Positions 50,302 through 63,546 of a stretch of 64,000 nucleotides of DNA are shown here, in pieces. The stretch is from contig NC_068982.1 in the NCBI RefSeq assembly GCF_001194135.2, forward strand, positions 29,986,257 to 30,050,256, in the 5' to 3' direction. Source of the DNA: Octopus bimaculoides. Lineage: Eukaryota. Within the stretch, counting starts at the first letter, position 1. The number at the start of each line of letters is the position of its first letter. The notes below the pieces were generated by a model. The model saw only the letters and a list, made by a program, of their open reading frames with translations. It made no database searches and was not told the origin of the DNA. Position numbers and translations under genes: made by a program.

Positions 50302-51561
50302 TAAAGCTCACTTGGAAATGGCTGCATGGCATTCGATCATATAATGATATAAATAATATATAAATATATGCATATATATACATACATATATATACATACC
50401 TACATATATATGTATATATGGGTACAGGATATCAAAAAACTGTGAACAAAACGAGAAACGAGAACATAAAAAACAAAAACATAGAAAATGAGCATTTTTT
50501 CGAACAACAAAAGAAAAAAATAGAGAAACGAGACAGGCAACATAAAGGACATTCCCTTCATCAATTGTCCCTTGTTTTATCTACTCTGCATTTTGAAGGT
50601 AGGTACAAGACGCGACTTCGTTAAAATAGTCCTTCCCGCAAAGCAAATCAAATAAAATTTGGGATATTTTGTGGAGGGTTAAAGTGGTAACAAAAACAGG
50701 ACAATTGACCGTAGCACCTTATAGTATCAATGTAAATGATGTAACATTTAAGTATGGCTAAGATTTCAAGTGGTCTGGTGCTAACCAGCAATACCAAATG
50801 CTGCAATGTGATAATGAAATAAGCCAGAAGTATCTTGCAGTATTTACTGCAACAGTAAAAAGTGGTTACTTGATGCATGCTTTTTACTCAGTACTAAAAT
50901 ATAGATGCAACCTCACAAAACATTTACGTAACTAACGCAGCACACCTACTGTTGCGTCAGTTACGTGTTGCAGCAGTTACAAGATTCTCATTTATATTTC
51001 AAGAAAATGTAAAGTACTGAGTATAAGAATAAAATCCCCCCTCACAGCATGTTATAATGGTGGCATTGTTTTAAAGTAATTGTTTGTCAAGATTTTGTAA
51101 ACTCAACTTATAATGTCAAAATGCAACTGATGCAACGGATTCTAATGAACACAATAAACTCTGTTTTTGCTGATAAGCAGGATGATCTTTCAAAAAATAA
51201 CAAATCCAAACTGTAGTTTTACTCTAGTTCTTCCTAAAAATACATCTTTGAAAGATGGAATGTTTATTTGTTTCTAGGATGGAACTTGATTGCTATCTTT
51301 CATCCTTGCAGTCAAATTGTCATTTGGGAGACTGGATCCAAGATGGCTGCCCTGGTCACATGATAATAGTCCTGCAGAAAATTATTTTTACTCTTATTTT
51401 ATCCTATTGACTTATGGGTACATAATAATATATAATACAGTTTTGTTATAATTTTGCAGTATTTGCTTCCTTGTGCATGAAATTGCCCTATATATATATA
51501 TATGTATATATATATAAGCAATGTTAATTCTCTAAATGAAGTATTAAGTGGCAATATACTA

Positions 51562-51630
<69 letters not shown>

Positions 51631-52168
51631 TATATACACACGTGCCTATGAAAATTTGTGTATGAGAACAGACACATACATTTACACAAATATACACAAA
51701 AGTGAGAGACAAAGAGAGAAGAAAAAAACTTGCTCCATTTGCTAAGAAATCTGCTCCAAGACCTACGTGATTCCGATAGCTCTGGTTTTTTTTTTGAATA
51801 CAGTAAGATGAAAGTTCACACATGAATATAAAAGAAGATAAGTAAGTGCAAATGTACTAGAATATTTGTACAGATACACACACAGATAAGAGGTGAGAGC
51901 TAGATATGCTCAGTATAGAAAATATGTTGTGCTCAAATGCATTTGAGCTTAAACTTCATGGTCTATGTAAGTATATTAGTGTGTGTGTGTATATATGTGT
52001 GCAAGTGTGTGTGTATATATATATATATATATATTATTTTGTTTAAAAGAGTTCCAACACTGTCTGTTTTTTATGTTTTATTTATATTCCTGCAGAACCA
52101 ATGTGGGGTATAGAATATGGAACATACAATATATAATATAATATACAATATATAATATAAAATAAAAT

Positions 52169-52213
<45 letters not shown>

Positions 52214-52618
52214 GCACATACATGCATATATATGATGCCTAATTGTGTTTATTTGCATCACTACCTCCATATAGAGGTGCATAGCTCAGTGGTTAGAGTG
52301 TTGGGCTCTCAATCGTGAGGTAGTGAGTTCAATACTTAGACCAGGCTGTGTGTTCTGTTCTTGAGCAAGACTTTATTTCTCTTTACTCCAGTTGACTCAG
52401 ATGTAGAAATTGATATGCAATGTTACTGGTACCAAGCTGTCTTGTCCTTTGCTTTTCCCAACACTGGAGGTGTGGACAGAGGAGACTAGTATGTATGGGT
52501 GACTGCTGGTCTTCCATAATCAACCTTGCTCAGACTTCTGCTGCACAGGGTAACTTTCTAGGTTGCAATCCCATGGTCATTCACGATGGAAGGGTTTCCT
52601 TACCCTTTATCTCCATAT

Positions 52619-52665
<47 letters not shown>

Positions 52666-52688
52666 ACATATGTATATATGTATATATG

Positions 52689-52741
<53 letters not shown>

Positions 52742-52859
52742 ATGCATGTGTATGTGTATGTATGTGTGCATGTGTATGTATATATGTATGCATGTGTGTG
52801 TGTATATATATATGTGTGTGTGCATTTGTAACTATTCTTCTCTTCCTTTCACCGTTCCC

Positions 52860-53380
52860 TCTCTCTCACTCCTCCTCCTTGACACTCTCGTCGCTGACAT
52901 GTGACGAAAGGGATTCTTTCTTTCTACTTCCTGCCTTCCTATAGAAAAGACGTGAATTTTTTTTCTCTCTCATTTACATCTAACTTCGCGTTCAAAATAA
53001 TAATTTTTCTATCATCTTGGCCCAACAGCCCTTACCATTTTGTTTTCACTGTCTTGTCTTGTTTTCACTGTCTTGTCTTGTTTTTACTGTCTTGTTCTCC
53101 CTGTCCTGTTCTTGTTTACACTTTCGCCCTCCGCAAAAAATTCCAAATTTTATTTAATTTGCTTGTGGGAAGGACTATTCCACCGAAGTCACGTATTGTC
53201 CTTGCCTTCGAAACGCAGAGTAGATGGAACAGGGACAACTGATGAAGGGAAATATTCTTTATGTTGCATGTCTCGTTTCTCTGTTCTTTTTCATTGTTCG
53301 AAAAAAGTTTGTTTTCTGTCTTCGTCTTTATGTTTTCATTTCTCATTGTGTTTAACATGTTTTTTGATGTCCTGTACCCA
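52860..53380 (+). mobile_element. Dispersed repeat, with an inverted relative at about 50415-50705
   Basis: 53100-53380 aligns to the reverse complement of 50415-50705. It also contains a 20-bp tandem repeat at about 53040-53095. Confidence 0.7.
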
Positions 53381-54365
53381 TATATGCATGTATGTATGCA
53401 TATAGATGTAGGTATGTACATATATGTATGGATATATGCATATATTTATATATATATATATGTACATACATATATATGTGTGTGTGTGTGTGTTTATATA
53501 TATATATATATACATATATATGTGTGTGTTTATATATATATATAATGTGAAACAGTCATGTGACTCTTCTTTTCTTTTTCATAGCTATCTGACAACACCA
53601 CTAGTTTGTAGTCATGTCATCATCTCTGCAGGCTATCCTTGTAAATGGTTTGATTCTTGATTCAGATTAGTCAGGGAATGGAGCAAGGTCTCTTACATGT
53701 CTAAAACGTTTCTCTTGATTGTAAGAAACTATTTAAAATAATGTTTATGTTCTGCTAGAAACAAAATTGCATTCTTCAACATGGTGCATGTGCATATGTA
53801 GTGAATATCTTATAGTAGTGTCAACATTTATGTTCTATCTTTAACTTGTTTCAGTCATTAGACTGCGGCCATGCTGGGGCACTGCAGTGTGGGTGACAAG
53901 TAAGGACACATGCACATACAATAGGCTTGTTTCAGTTTCTGTCTATCAGATCCACTGACAATCTTTGGTTGGCCCAAGACAACAGTAGAAGACACCTGTC
54001 CAAGGTGCCATGCAGTGCAGCTGAATCTGGAACCATGTGGTTGGGAAGCAAACTTCTTACCATACAGCTACACCTAAATCATTTTAGCTTCATTTGATGT
54101 TGAAACTTGACATTGCTCAGAACCTGTCTCTACATGGCAACACACATCATTTTTCAAAATATACGTTGGCTGAGCTGCAGTGATTATAATAATTGTATAA
54201 GTATATATATATATATATATAAGAAAAAAATCATTGCCTTACAAAAAGCTTAGAAGAAATGAAAATATTGAAGTAAATATCTTATATACGACAAATATTT
54301 GTCGGAAATGAGAATAAAGTCACTTCTCTGATAACCTTTGTGCAGTATAGTAATACCATTTATGA

Positions 54366-54402
<37 letters not shown>

Positions 54403-55377
54403 ATGAGTTTGGTTCACTGAAGATTTTCATTTTGCCAAGCCATAGTTTACTGTGAATCTCTTATATCACATTGTCTCTTAGTGTATGCAGAACTATGGTA
54501 AAGGCAGTTATTAATATCCAAGTGGCCTCACAAATCATTATTTGACTTCTTTAGATGCTAAATTCTTTGGTACTATAGATTTAAAGATCGATTTAATAAT
54601 TGTTTCGGTAAGAATTGTTGAGTGTTAAAAATGGTAAATTATCAGGCTAAAATACCAAACAGCATTCTTGCTACTCTTCTGCATTGTACATTTACAGATG
54701 TGACTCATTTTCTCTTCCATCTCTCTCTTTCTCTGCATTCATTGAGATAGAATTAAGTTATTTCCTACCTCTACAGATGTTTGGTCATGTACCAGTGTCA
54801 AAGAAAAAAAAAAAAAAAATCTATATTCTGGTTTTTAAGAAAATGTACATATATGGCTGTGTGATTGAGAAGAAACCTATTCGCCCATAATCTGGTTTCA
54901 GATTGCCCAAGTTACCACTCCATGGTACCTTGGGCAAGTGTCTTCTACTAAAGCCCTGGTCTGATCAATGCTTAATGATGGAAACTGCATAGAAGCTTAT
55001 ATATATATATATATGTATGAATGTATATAGTATGATCTGAAAGATATTGGTATAGGGAGTTAGTTAGCTTCAAATATGTACCCAGCTAGTACAGATGACA
55101 AAATATGGGCAATATATGATAAAGAGGCTCTAATAACCATAGTATATCATACACTTTGTATCATATTGAAATCAGTGGAAATTTCAGCAAGCTGACAGTC
55201 ACTATACAAGTCATGCTAAAATTGCTAAACACGTGAATAAAAATCATCTAAGAATGTAAGGAATAGAAAATAAATACTACATATTTAAACATAAAGACTA
55301 CATATGTTTATAACTAAATGATGTTTGTTTCTTTTTCATTCCATGCATTCTGGGATATATATATATATATATATATA

Positions 55378-56276
55378 NNNNNNNNNNNNNNNNNNNNNNN
55401 NNNNNNNNNNNNNNNNNNNNNNNNNNNNNNNNNNNNNNNNNNNNNNNNNNNNNNNNNNNNNNNNNNNNNNNNNNNNNNNNNNNNNNNNNNNNNNNNNNNN
55501 NNNNNNNNNNNNNNNNNNNNNNNNNNNNNNNNNNNNNNNNNNNNNNNNNNNNNNNNNNNNNNNNNNNNNNNNNNNNNNNNNNNNNNNNNNNNNNNNNNNN
55601 NNNNNNNNNNNNNNNNNNNNNNNNNNNNNNNNNNNNNNNNNNNNNNNNNNNNNNNNNNNNNNNNNNNNNNNNNNNNNNNNNNNNNNNNNNNNNNNNNNNN
55701 NNNNNNNNNNNNNNNNNNNNNNNNNNNNNNNNNNNNNNNNNNNNNNNNNNNNNNNNNNNNNNNNNNNNNNNNNNNNNNNNNNNNNNNNNNNNNNNNNNNN
55801 NNNNNNNNNNNNNNNNNNNNNNNNNNNNNNNNNNNNNNNNNNNNNNNNNNNNNNNNNNNNNNNNNNNNNNNNNNNNNNNNNNNNNNNNNNNNNNNNNNNN
55901 NNNNNNNNNNNNNNNNNNNNNNNNNNNNNNNNNNNNNNNNNNNNNNNNNNNNNNNNNNNNNNNNNNNNNNNNNNNNNNNNNNNNNNNNNNNNNNNNNNNN
56001 NNNNNNNNNNNNNNNNNNNNNNNNNNNNNNNNNNNNNNNNNNNNNNNNNNNNNNNNNNNNNNNNNNNNNNNNNNNNNNNNNNNNNNNNNNNNNNNNNNNN
56101 NNNNNNNNNNNNNNNNNNNNNNNNNNNNNNNNNNNNNNNNNNNNNNNNNNNNNNNNNNNNNNNNNNNNNNNNNNNNNNNNNNNNNNNNNNNNNNNNNNNN
56201 NNNNNNNNNNNNNNNNNNNNNNNNNNNNNNNNNNNNNNNNNNNNNNNNNNNNNNNNNNNNNNNNNNNNNNNNNNNA
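55378..56276. other. Assembly gap (largest of ten)
   Basis: N run. The others are 5262-5576, 8269-8841, 26633-26642, 27722-28083, 35619-35673, 37642-38268, 38789-38798, 47800-48040 and 50161-50262; most begin in (TA)n or poly-A. Confidence 0.99.
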
Positions 56277-56945
56277 AAAAAAAAAAAAAAAAAAAAAAAA
56301 AAACGAGGTTAATGGTAAAAAATAAAGAAAACTAAAGAAAAAAGCTTCAAGCTTTAAAAAAAAGCACATTTGAAACAAACCAAAATACTAGAGAGTAGTA
56401 TTGCATAATTTTGTAAGACCATTAGCTCATTTCTGATTTCCTACCATTATTGGAACATAGTTCATTATCTCTTAGTTGTACAGAACTGTAAATGGTAATT
56501 TGTTCATTACTGGCACTGATGGTCTCTAAATGGATGTAATGAATAAGCTTTGATGATTGTATATTGTCCTAATAATCCTGTCATATCATTGACATTTTAC
56601 TTGCCTCATTTTCTCATTTGAATCTTCGTTTCACTTTTATTAAGAGATCGCATTAGCCTAGGCAGTGAGTTGGCAGAGTTGTTAGAGCATCTGGAAAGAA
56701 AATGCCCTTGCAGTATTTATTTTTAATCCTCTGTGCTCTAAGTTCAAATCCTGCTGAGGCCATATTTGTCTTGTATACTTTCAAGAGTAAAAAAAAAACA
56801 AAAAAAAAAACTCAAATTTTGCTACTTAGATGATAGTCGTAGGTGCCTTTAGCAGAGTGTGCTCTGTTGTAAGCATTTGGCCAGGTCTCTGGTTTAAGGA
56901 TACCTTCTATCTTATTCCCATCAATCTTGGAGAAGATGATCTAAA

Positions 56946-57102
56946 CCAGTAGTTCTCAACCAGGGTCCATATGGCCCTTATGTTTTAACATTTCTTAATA
57001 TCTAATAATAAGATTTTTAGAACATGGAATGGTTATGAGGTTCCATCTAAGTAAAATAGGAATCAAAGGGGTCCATAATGCAAAAATTGGTTGAGAACCA
57101 TT
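56946..57102. mobile_element. hAT/Charlie-like MITE
   Basis: TIRs cagtagttctcaacc ... ggttgagaaccattg. Confidence 0.6.
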
Positions 57103-57519
57103 GCCCTAAATAGTTATGAGCATTGCCTTCCTTCCAAACTAAAAGATTTAAAAAAAAAACCCAAAAAGCAAGTATTAATGAATTCAAATAATAATTTAAA
57201 ATTTTTGCACAAGCCCAGCAATATTCATGGGGAAGGGTGAAGTCAATTATATCACCCCCAGTGTTCAACTGGTACTTATTGCCCTTAAAAAGATGAAAGG
57301 CAAAGCCAGTCTTGGTAGAATTTGAACCCAGAATGTAAACAGTCAGAAGAAATGCTGTTCAGTGTCTTGTTTGGCATAACAATAAAAGACGTAAATTTCT
57401 AATAAAAATATTGTCATACTTATTTTTTTCCCCTTTCCAAAAAATACAATCATTCATGATGTCATAAGAATTCATGAACTTTGGAGAGAATGTGAACTCA
57501 TTTCTCTTTCGGAAAATTG

Positions 57520-57815
57520 AATCTAGTACTTATTCTATCGGTCTCCTTTGCCGAACCGCTAAGTTACGGGGACGTAAACACACCAGCATCGGTTGTCAAG
57601 TGATGTTGGAGGGACAAACACAGACACACAAAAACACACACACACATATATATACATACGACAGGCTTCTTTCAGTTTCTGTCTACCAAATCTACTCACA
57701 AGGCTTTGGTCGGCCCGAGGCTATAGTAGAAAACACTTGCACAAGGTGCCATGGAGTGGGACTGAACCCGGAACCATGTGGTTGGTAAGCAAGTTACTTA
57801 CCACACAGCCACTCC
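57520..57815 (-). mobile_element. Main SINE in the intron upstream of the DDX49 exon
   Basis: Family sequence from ctagtacttattctatcggtctc to ccacacagccactcc. Confidence 0.85.
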
Positions 57816-57901
57816 TATGCCTTACTATAGTCTATAGTATATTAATTCATAATTTTTGAAAGTGGGTTTAATATTTTTTTCTTTTGTTTTATTGTTTCCA
57901 G

Positions 57902-58025
57902 GACAAGATTGTCTTGCAAGTGCTAAGACAGGAAGTGGGAAAACTGCAGCTTTTGCCCTGCCCATCCTTCAACTTCTCTCTGAGGATCCATATGGTATAT
58001 TTGCTCTCATTGTGACACCAACACG
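57902..58025 (+). CDS. DDX49: Internal coding exon of DEAD-box RNA helicase DDX49 (Dbp8 family), phase 1 to phase 2
   Basis: Flanked by tttattgtttccag and gtaagt. Translates (G)[41 protein letters not shown], which contains motif I (AKTGSGKT), the start of motif Ia (PTR) and the DDX49-typical LSEDPYGIF segment. Confidence 0.88.
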
Positions 58026-58759
58026 GTAAGTAGTCTGAACTCAGTCTTTTTTGTATCTTTCGGATAAAGTAATTGATAATGTTGATGATAATGACGATCA
58101 TTTGTCTGTTTTCCATGCTGGCATGGGTTGGACAGTTTGATAGTTGCTGGCAAGCTGGAGAGCTGCACCAATCCTCAATTGTCTGTTTTGGCATGGTTTC
58201 TACAGCTGTAATCCCTTCCTAATGCCAACCACTTAATAACATGTACTGGGTGATTTTTACATGGCACCAGCACCAATGCTTTATATGCCGGCACCAGCAT
58301 GGGACTAGTGTGGGTGCCTTTTATGCGATCTCTTTAATTAATCTCTTCCTGAAATCTTATTTATTTTCTATGAAAGTAATTCCAAACACTTGAGGTGCCA
58401 AAAGAATCCTTTGCAGTCATTATCCACAATGCTATGTACAAGTATCTTTTTTACATAGAATTAATTATCAGTTATTCATAGTTTACCCTCGTTTCTTCTT
58501 AGTTATTGCTTTTAGGCCCTTTTATTGCTGTATTTCTAATGAAAATATATCTCCCTCTGCTATGCCTTTCATTTTTGAAGCAAATTATGAATTGAGACTA
58601 GTTTTGTAAACCAACTACAACTTTGTGTTTTATTAACACACAGATTGTACAAAACAGATCTGTACGGCACTGCATCTGTCTGTCAGTACTATACCACTTG
58701 AAGCAGCATGAAATGATCCCCCATCCCACTTCTCTTGTTTATAATTGTTATAATCACTC

Positions 58760-59135
58760 TTTTACTCTTTTACTTGTTTCAGTCATTTTCTTTGTAAGCC
58801 TAGTACTTATTCTAATCGGTCTCTTTTTGCCGAACCGCTAAGTTACGGGGATGTAAACACACCAGCATCGGTTGTCAAGCGATGTTCGGGGGACAAACAC
58901 AGACACACAAACACACACACACAAACACAGACACAAACACAGACACACAAACACACACATACACACACATATATATACATATATACGACGGGCTTCTTTC
59001 AGTTTCCGTCTACCAAATCCACTCACAAGGCTTTGGTCGGCCTGAGGCTATAGTAGAAGACACTTGCCCAAGGTGCCATGCAGTGGGACTGAACCCGGAA
59101 CCATGTGGTTGGTAAGCAAGCTACTTACCACAATC
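58760..59135 (-). mobile_element. Main SINE with an internal deletion, in the DDX49 intron
   Basis: The junction cagtcattt|tctttgtaagcc skips the ggagcaccgcc segment seen in the 25483 copy. Confidence 0.85.
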
Positions 59136-59957
59136 TAAGAGAGGAACCTCTCTCTCTGTCATTTATTTACATTCTGTAATACTTACTGTTAATACCAACC
59201 TATAGTGTTTTGAATTTTCGCAATGTCTTCCAGAGCTTTTGGAAGGAACTTTCTTTGAAAATTAGCTGCTAATTGTTCGATGAGTGATGACTTATTCAAT
59301 GATTTAATTAAATAAATTAATGGCAGATAATGCTTTGGAAATGACAATTATAACAATATACCTCTTTCTTCTCTACACACTTCGATGTTTGACTTTTCCT
59401 CAAGTGATTTGGAGGAAATATTACCCGAAGAATGGTCAGACACCAAGCCTTTTGAAAGTGTTGGCTCAAAAATACTTTTATGGAACCTGTGTTACCAACT
59501 TTTACCATTAAATTTTAAGCAGTACAATCACCCAACACCCTGTTAATTTGTATGCAGAATGAATGAAAGCTATCAACTTTGTTCCTACATGTTTTGATGA
59601 AATTTATACACACCTAGGTATGTTATTTCTGACGAGTTTAACACCTCATCTGTAAATTTAATGAATAAGCTGCAAAATGGTTAAGGATATCCGTTTATTT
59701 TGTTTGTAATGTTTGTCTATGCTTGTTTAATTTGCATATAATTTATTACAAGCATTTTCCTTTTCACTATCTCTTTTAAGTGTATCTGTTTTTTATTTAT
59801 ACAGGTGTAATTAACAATTATACCTGTATAACTTTAAGTTTAGCACAAATGAGTACTTGGGTTAAAAAACAAAAAAAAACAAAAAAATGAAAAACACCTT
59901 TCTGCAGTGCTGCCAATTTTGACTAACCTGACCACAAGTAAACACACCATAGACATT

Positions 59958-60674
59958 TAACCTTCTATTTGCTGTTGCCGCAATTTGTCACCCACAAGTT
60001 TTCTCCCCTGTTGCTAGCTGCAAGTGCATTTTGTCACCTTGAGGAGGGTACTTAAAATAAAACACATTGCTACCTTTATTTCCAGTACTTAAATGTATAA
60101 ACAGGCTACTTTCGATTCAGAACGACGCTAAACTTTTGTTTTCTAACACCATTTTCCTTGTTTATATACTACACACAAGGTCATTAAGCTTTGAAATCAA
60201 ACTTAGTTTTTGGGATTTTATACCAAACAAAAATGGTTGCTCCTGCATTTGAAACTTTTCTGGAAATAATCTTGTTTGATTTGAACTCAGATGATGATTT
60301 TTTACTCAGACAGAGATCAAGGGTAAAATTATTCGAAGTGATAATGAAGACATAGACTGTGCTTGCAATTTATATTGAGAATGATGTACGGAGTGAATAC
60401 TATCATCTGTGGTTGGCTGATTTAAGAAAAGTACTGGCCCCACAGAGGTACATTTCTGAGGGGCAACTCTTTTATCTACTCTTTAATGCATTACATAAAA
60501 ATATTATTCATCCATTCCTTTATTAGTTTACAAAAAAATCAAGTCTGTCCACTCAATATAATGAAAGTTATAACAATTTTAAAACAGTAGGTGCTCATGT
60601 CTTTTGTTCCCTCAAAAATAATGCAGTGGCAGGGGCAACTTTTCTAGGGGCAAAATCAGTGTGCTAAAGGTTAA
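59958..60674. mobile_element. piggyBac-like non-autonomous element
   Basis: Ends TTAA-ccttctatttgc ... gtgctaaagg-TTAA, with an acidic internal stretch (LNSDDDF). Confidence 0.45.
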
Positions 60675-60790
60675 ATAAACAAACCTTATTTTTGGTATTT
60701 TCTGTTCTGTCATTATTGTATTCAACTTTTGACTTGTCATCATTGTTTGTATCTCAAAGCAATTCTGATGGAGAGTACAGATAAAATCAG

Positions 60791-61013
60791 TTAACCCTTT
60801 AACATTTGGGCCAGATCTGGCCCAAATATTCTATCTATTTTTTGTCCAAACTGGCCATATCCAGCCTCTCACACCTACCCTACATTGTCATTCTAAAGAT
60901 AAACAATCTTACCATTGAAAATCTCAAAGCTATGAGATAATACATGATTAATTGAAAACAATGTGAATAAATAAGCATTACATATGACAGTAACGCTAAT
61001 GTTAAAGGGTTAA
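60791..61013. mobile_element. TTAA-family MITE
   Basis: Ends ttaaccctttaacatt ... aatgttaaagggttaa. Confidence 0.7.
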
Positions 61014-63304
61014 AAATAAGGCATCTAATTTTTCTTTCACATGAAAAGAAGCACCCAGTATATGCTGCAAAGTAATTTGTGTTAGGAAGGGCATCCAACC
61101 ATAAACCATGTCATTGCTGACATTGTAGTTTGATACGGTACTGGGGCTCACTAATTCTTGTCAAAATGTCTAACTCATGCTATCATAGAAAACAGACTTT
61201 AAATGATGGTGATGATGATGAGTTAATAAACTCTCTGAATGTCTATTATTATATTTCTGGTAAAGAAGAGCTCTAATATCATCCCATTTGTTCATTTTGT
61301 TTTAGCATTTGTACAATTTCTCTTTTTACACTTTATCTAATGATTCTAGTTTTCAACTAACAGATTTAGATATTTTCACACTTCAGCATTTTAGCTTAAC
61401 AGGCAAATTAATGATTATTAATGGAACAAGATGTGATTTGAAGATTATCTTACCAAATATATGTAGTTTCAGAGGCTTAGAAACAAAAACTTTCTTCAAT
61501 TCTTAAAACCAATTCACAACTGATCTGTCTCGTGTGACATAAAACTTATCTTTTTTTAAAACATTTCATGAGTCTTTTTTTAGTTGGCTTGATATTTTAT
61601 TCTTTGTTGCTATTTTTAAGCCATTAGCATTTAAGACCAGCCATATCAGGCTAAAATATTCTACCTGTTTAATGTTCAAACAGACTAGAAGCAGCCTCTC
61701 TCACCTATCTTACAATATCATTCTAAAAATAATCACATCGTTAAAACTACAAGATAATGCAAAGTACAGTAAAACCCCATTTAATTTATGCACTTTTTTT
61801 TGCAAAAGCAAAAATAAACTTTAGGTGGTGCAAGAATTACATGAGTAGATCGTATCCAGAATTTTGTTTTGAAAAATGACATACAGGAAGTCGACTCATT
61901 TAATGGCAGAATAGGTTTTTACAGAAAAAATATAATGAAGTTGACTTTTATTTATGCTGGATGGTATAACGCTTACTTTTTCTGTATAAATTTACTAAAA
62001 CCATTAAATGGTTAACTACTTTTTGAAGTTTGATGTTCATGCTGGTAATCACAGTCTGGGCCATATTTTACATTGCTTGGAGTTTCTACCTATTGCAATG
62101 GAGCCCAGCAATTTCCTTAAATGGACCAGTTTTTCTCCACTTAGTGAGTCTAGATTGCGTTTGCACCAGGAAGCTGTTTGCTCACTTTCTCCACATTACA
62201 ACACAATGAAATTCCTCACCACCAGTATCACCACTATCAGCTCTTACTGCATCTAATGTCGATGACAACATCATAATTCATCCTTACGCATGTAAATTCA
62301 CTAAGTGAATATGACTTAGTGTTCCTACAGAAACCATCATTTACCTTATACGATGTTTAATGATATTTCACATTCATGTTGAATTATACAGCAATCTTAT
62401 ATTCTCTTCATAGAACACTTGTAAAGTATGTATTACCAGTTCTTTTGGTATAGTAGATTTTTGCTATCCTTGTTTATGTCTCCTCACAGATGTGTATATT
62501 CTAACAAGTTGCTTAAATTTTGCACGTTTCTTGTTCAATAAACACTGAGTTGAACTTGCAAAGCTGTTTATTTTCTCCTTTCGATTTTTAATGTTTAATT
62601 TAGTGGGTTACCAAACTATCAGTTTGGTCTCCTGGCTAAAACAGTAATGACAAATTTTTAAGTTTGCTTGACATTTTATAAGTGTGAAGGGGATTAAAAT
62701 TGTGATACTCTGTATCAAAGGTTCTGACAAGAATAGGTAGAAAATCAGAGCTCGAGGCAAGAAGACACTTTTGACCAATCAGAATTCTGTTTACACAATC
62801 AGTTTGATCAGTTACCTTCCTCTGTCGATTCAGTAAAGTGTCATCCAAGCTGATGCTTATTGGTAATTAAAACTTATTTTGCAACACTTGTGCGTATTTA
62901 TCAGCTTTGTTTTTGTTGATAAGAATTATCAACAACTTTTCCTGTGATCATGATTTGAGAAGACACACAGCAGTATGCTAAAGATCGGACATAATCTCTT
63001 GTGGGCAAGAAATGTAAAATAAAGTTTATTATAAACAACACAAACATTTCGTAATTTAATAGCTTTCAATGTGATGCCTGTTAAACAAAAATTATTTTTA
63101 TTTAGTGAAAATTTAATAAAATCTAATCATAAGTAAGTGAAATTATGCTTAATACAACTAAATTGAAAACCTTTTCCTCCTGGCCATATCAGCAATTCTG
63201 AAAACTTTTGGGTGCAAATTTTACATGAATAGAAGCTTTTTTAAACAAATTTTATCCTGAAAAATCGCCTGTGTAAATTACATGAGTTTTTACGGTAATG
63301 TGAA

Positions 63305-63546
63305 TAGATAAGCATTATATTTGACTGGTTAATCTGACTGCTATTCAGATGACTGTCAAATATAATGCTTATTTCTTTAAAATTGTTTAGAATTAATCAT
63401 AACCTATCTGGTACTTTCAAGATTTTGATGATGTGATTGTTTATTTTTTGAATGGCATTGTAGGGTAGGTGTGAGAGGCCAGGTCTGAACATAAAACAGG
63501 TAGAATATTTGACCAAATGTGATCAGTTTAAATGCTAAAGGGTTAA
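63305..63546. mobile_element. TTAA-family MITE (reverse orientation, decayed left end)
   Basis: Family internal sequence ending aaatgctaaagggttaa. Confidence 0.6.

Noticed and set aside
51340-51365. caagatggctgcc and ggtcacatga as YY1/E-box promoter motifs
   Set aside because: These are short motifs with no adjacent exon or CpG-rich context and cannot be distinguished from chance.
5200-56378. Many long ORFs rich in Y/I/C/V/H/T or X
   Set aside because: They are translations of (TA)n/(CA)n microsatellites and N gaps.
59280-59380. Box C (GTGATGA) suggesting an intronic snoRNA in DDX49
   Set aside because: There is no box D or terminal stem at a suitable distance.
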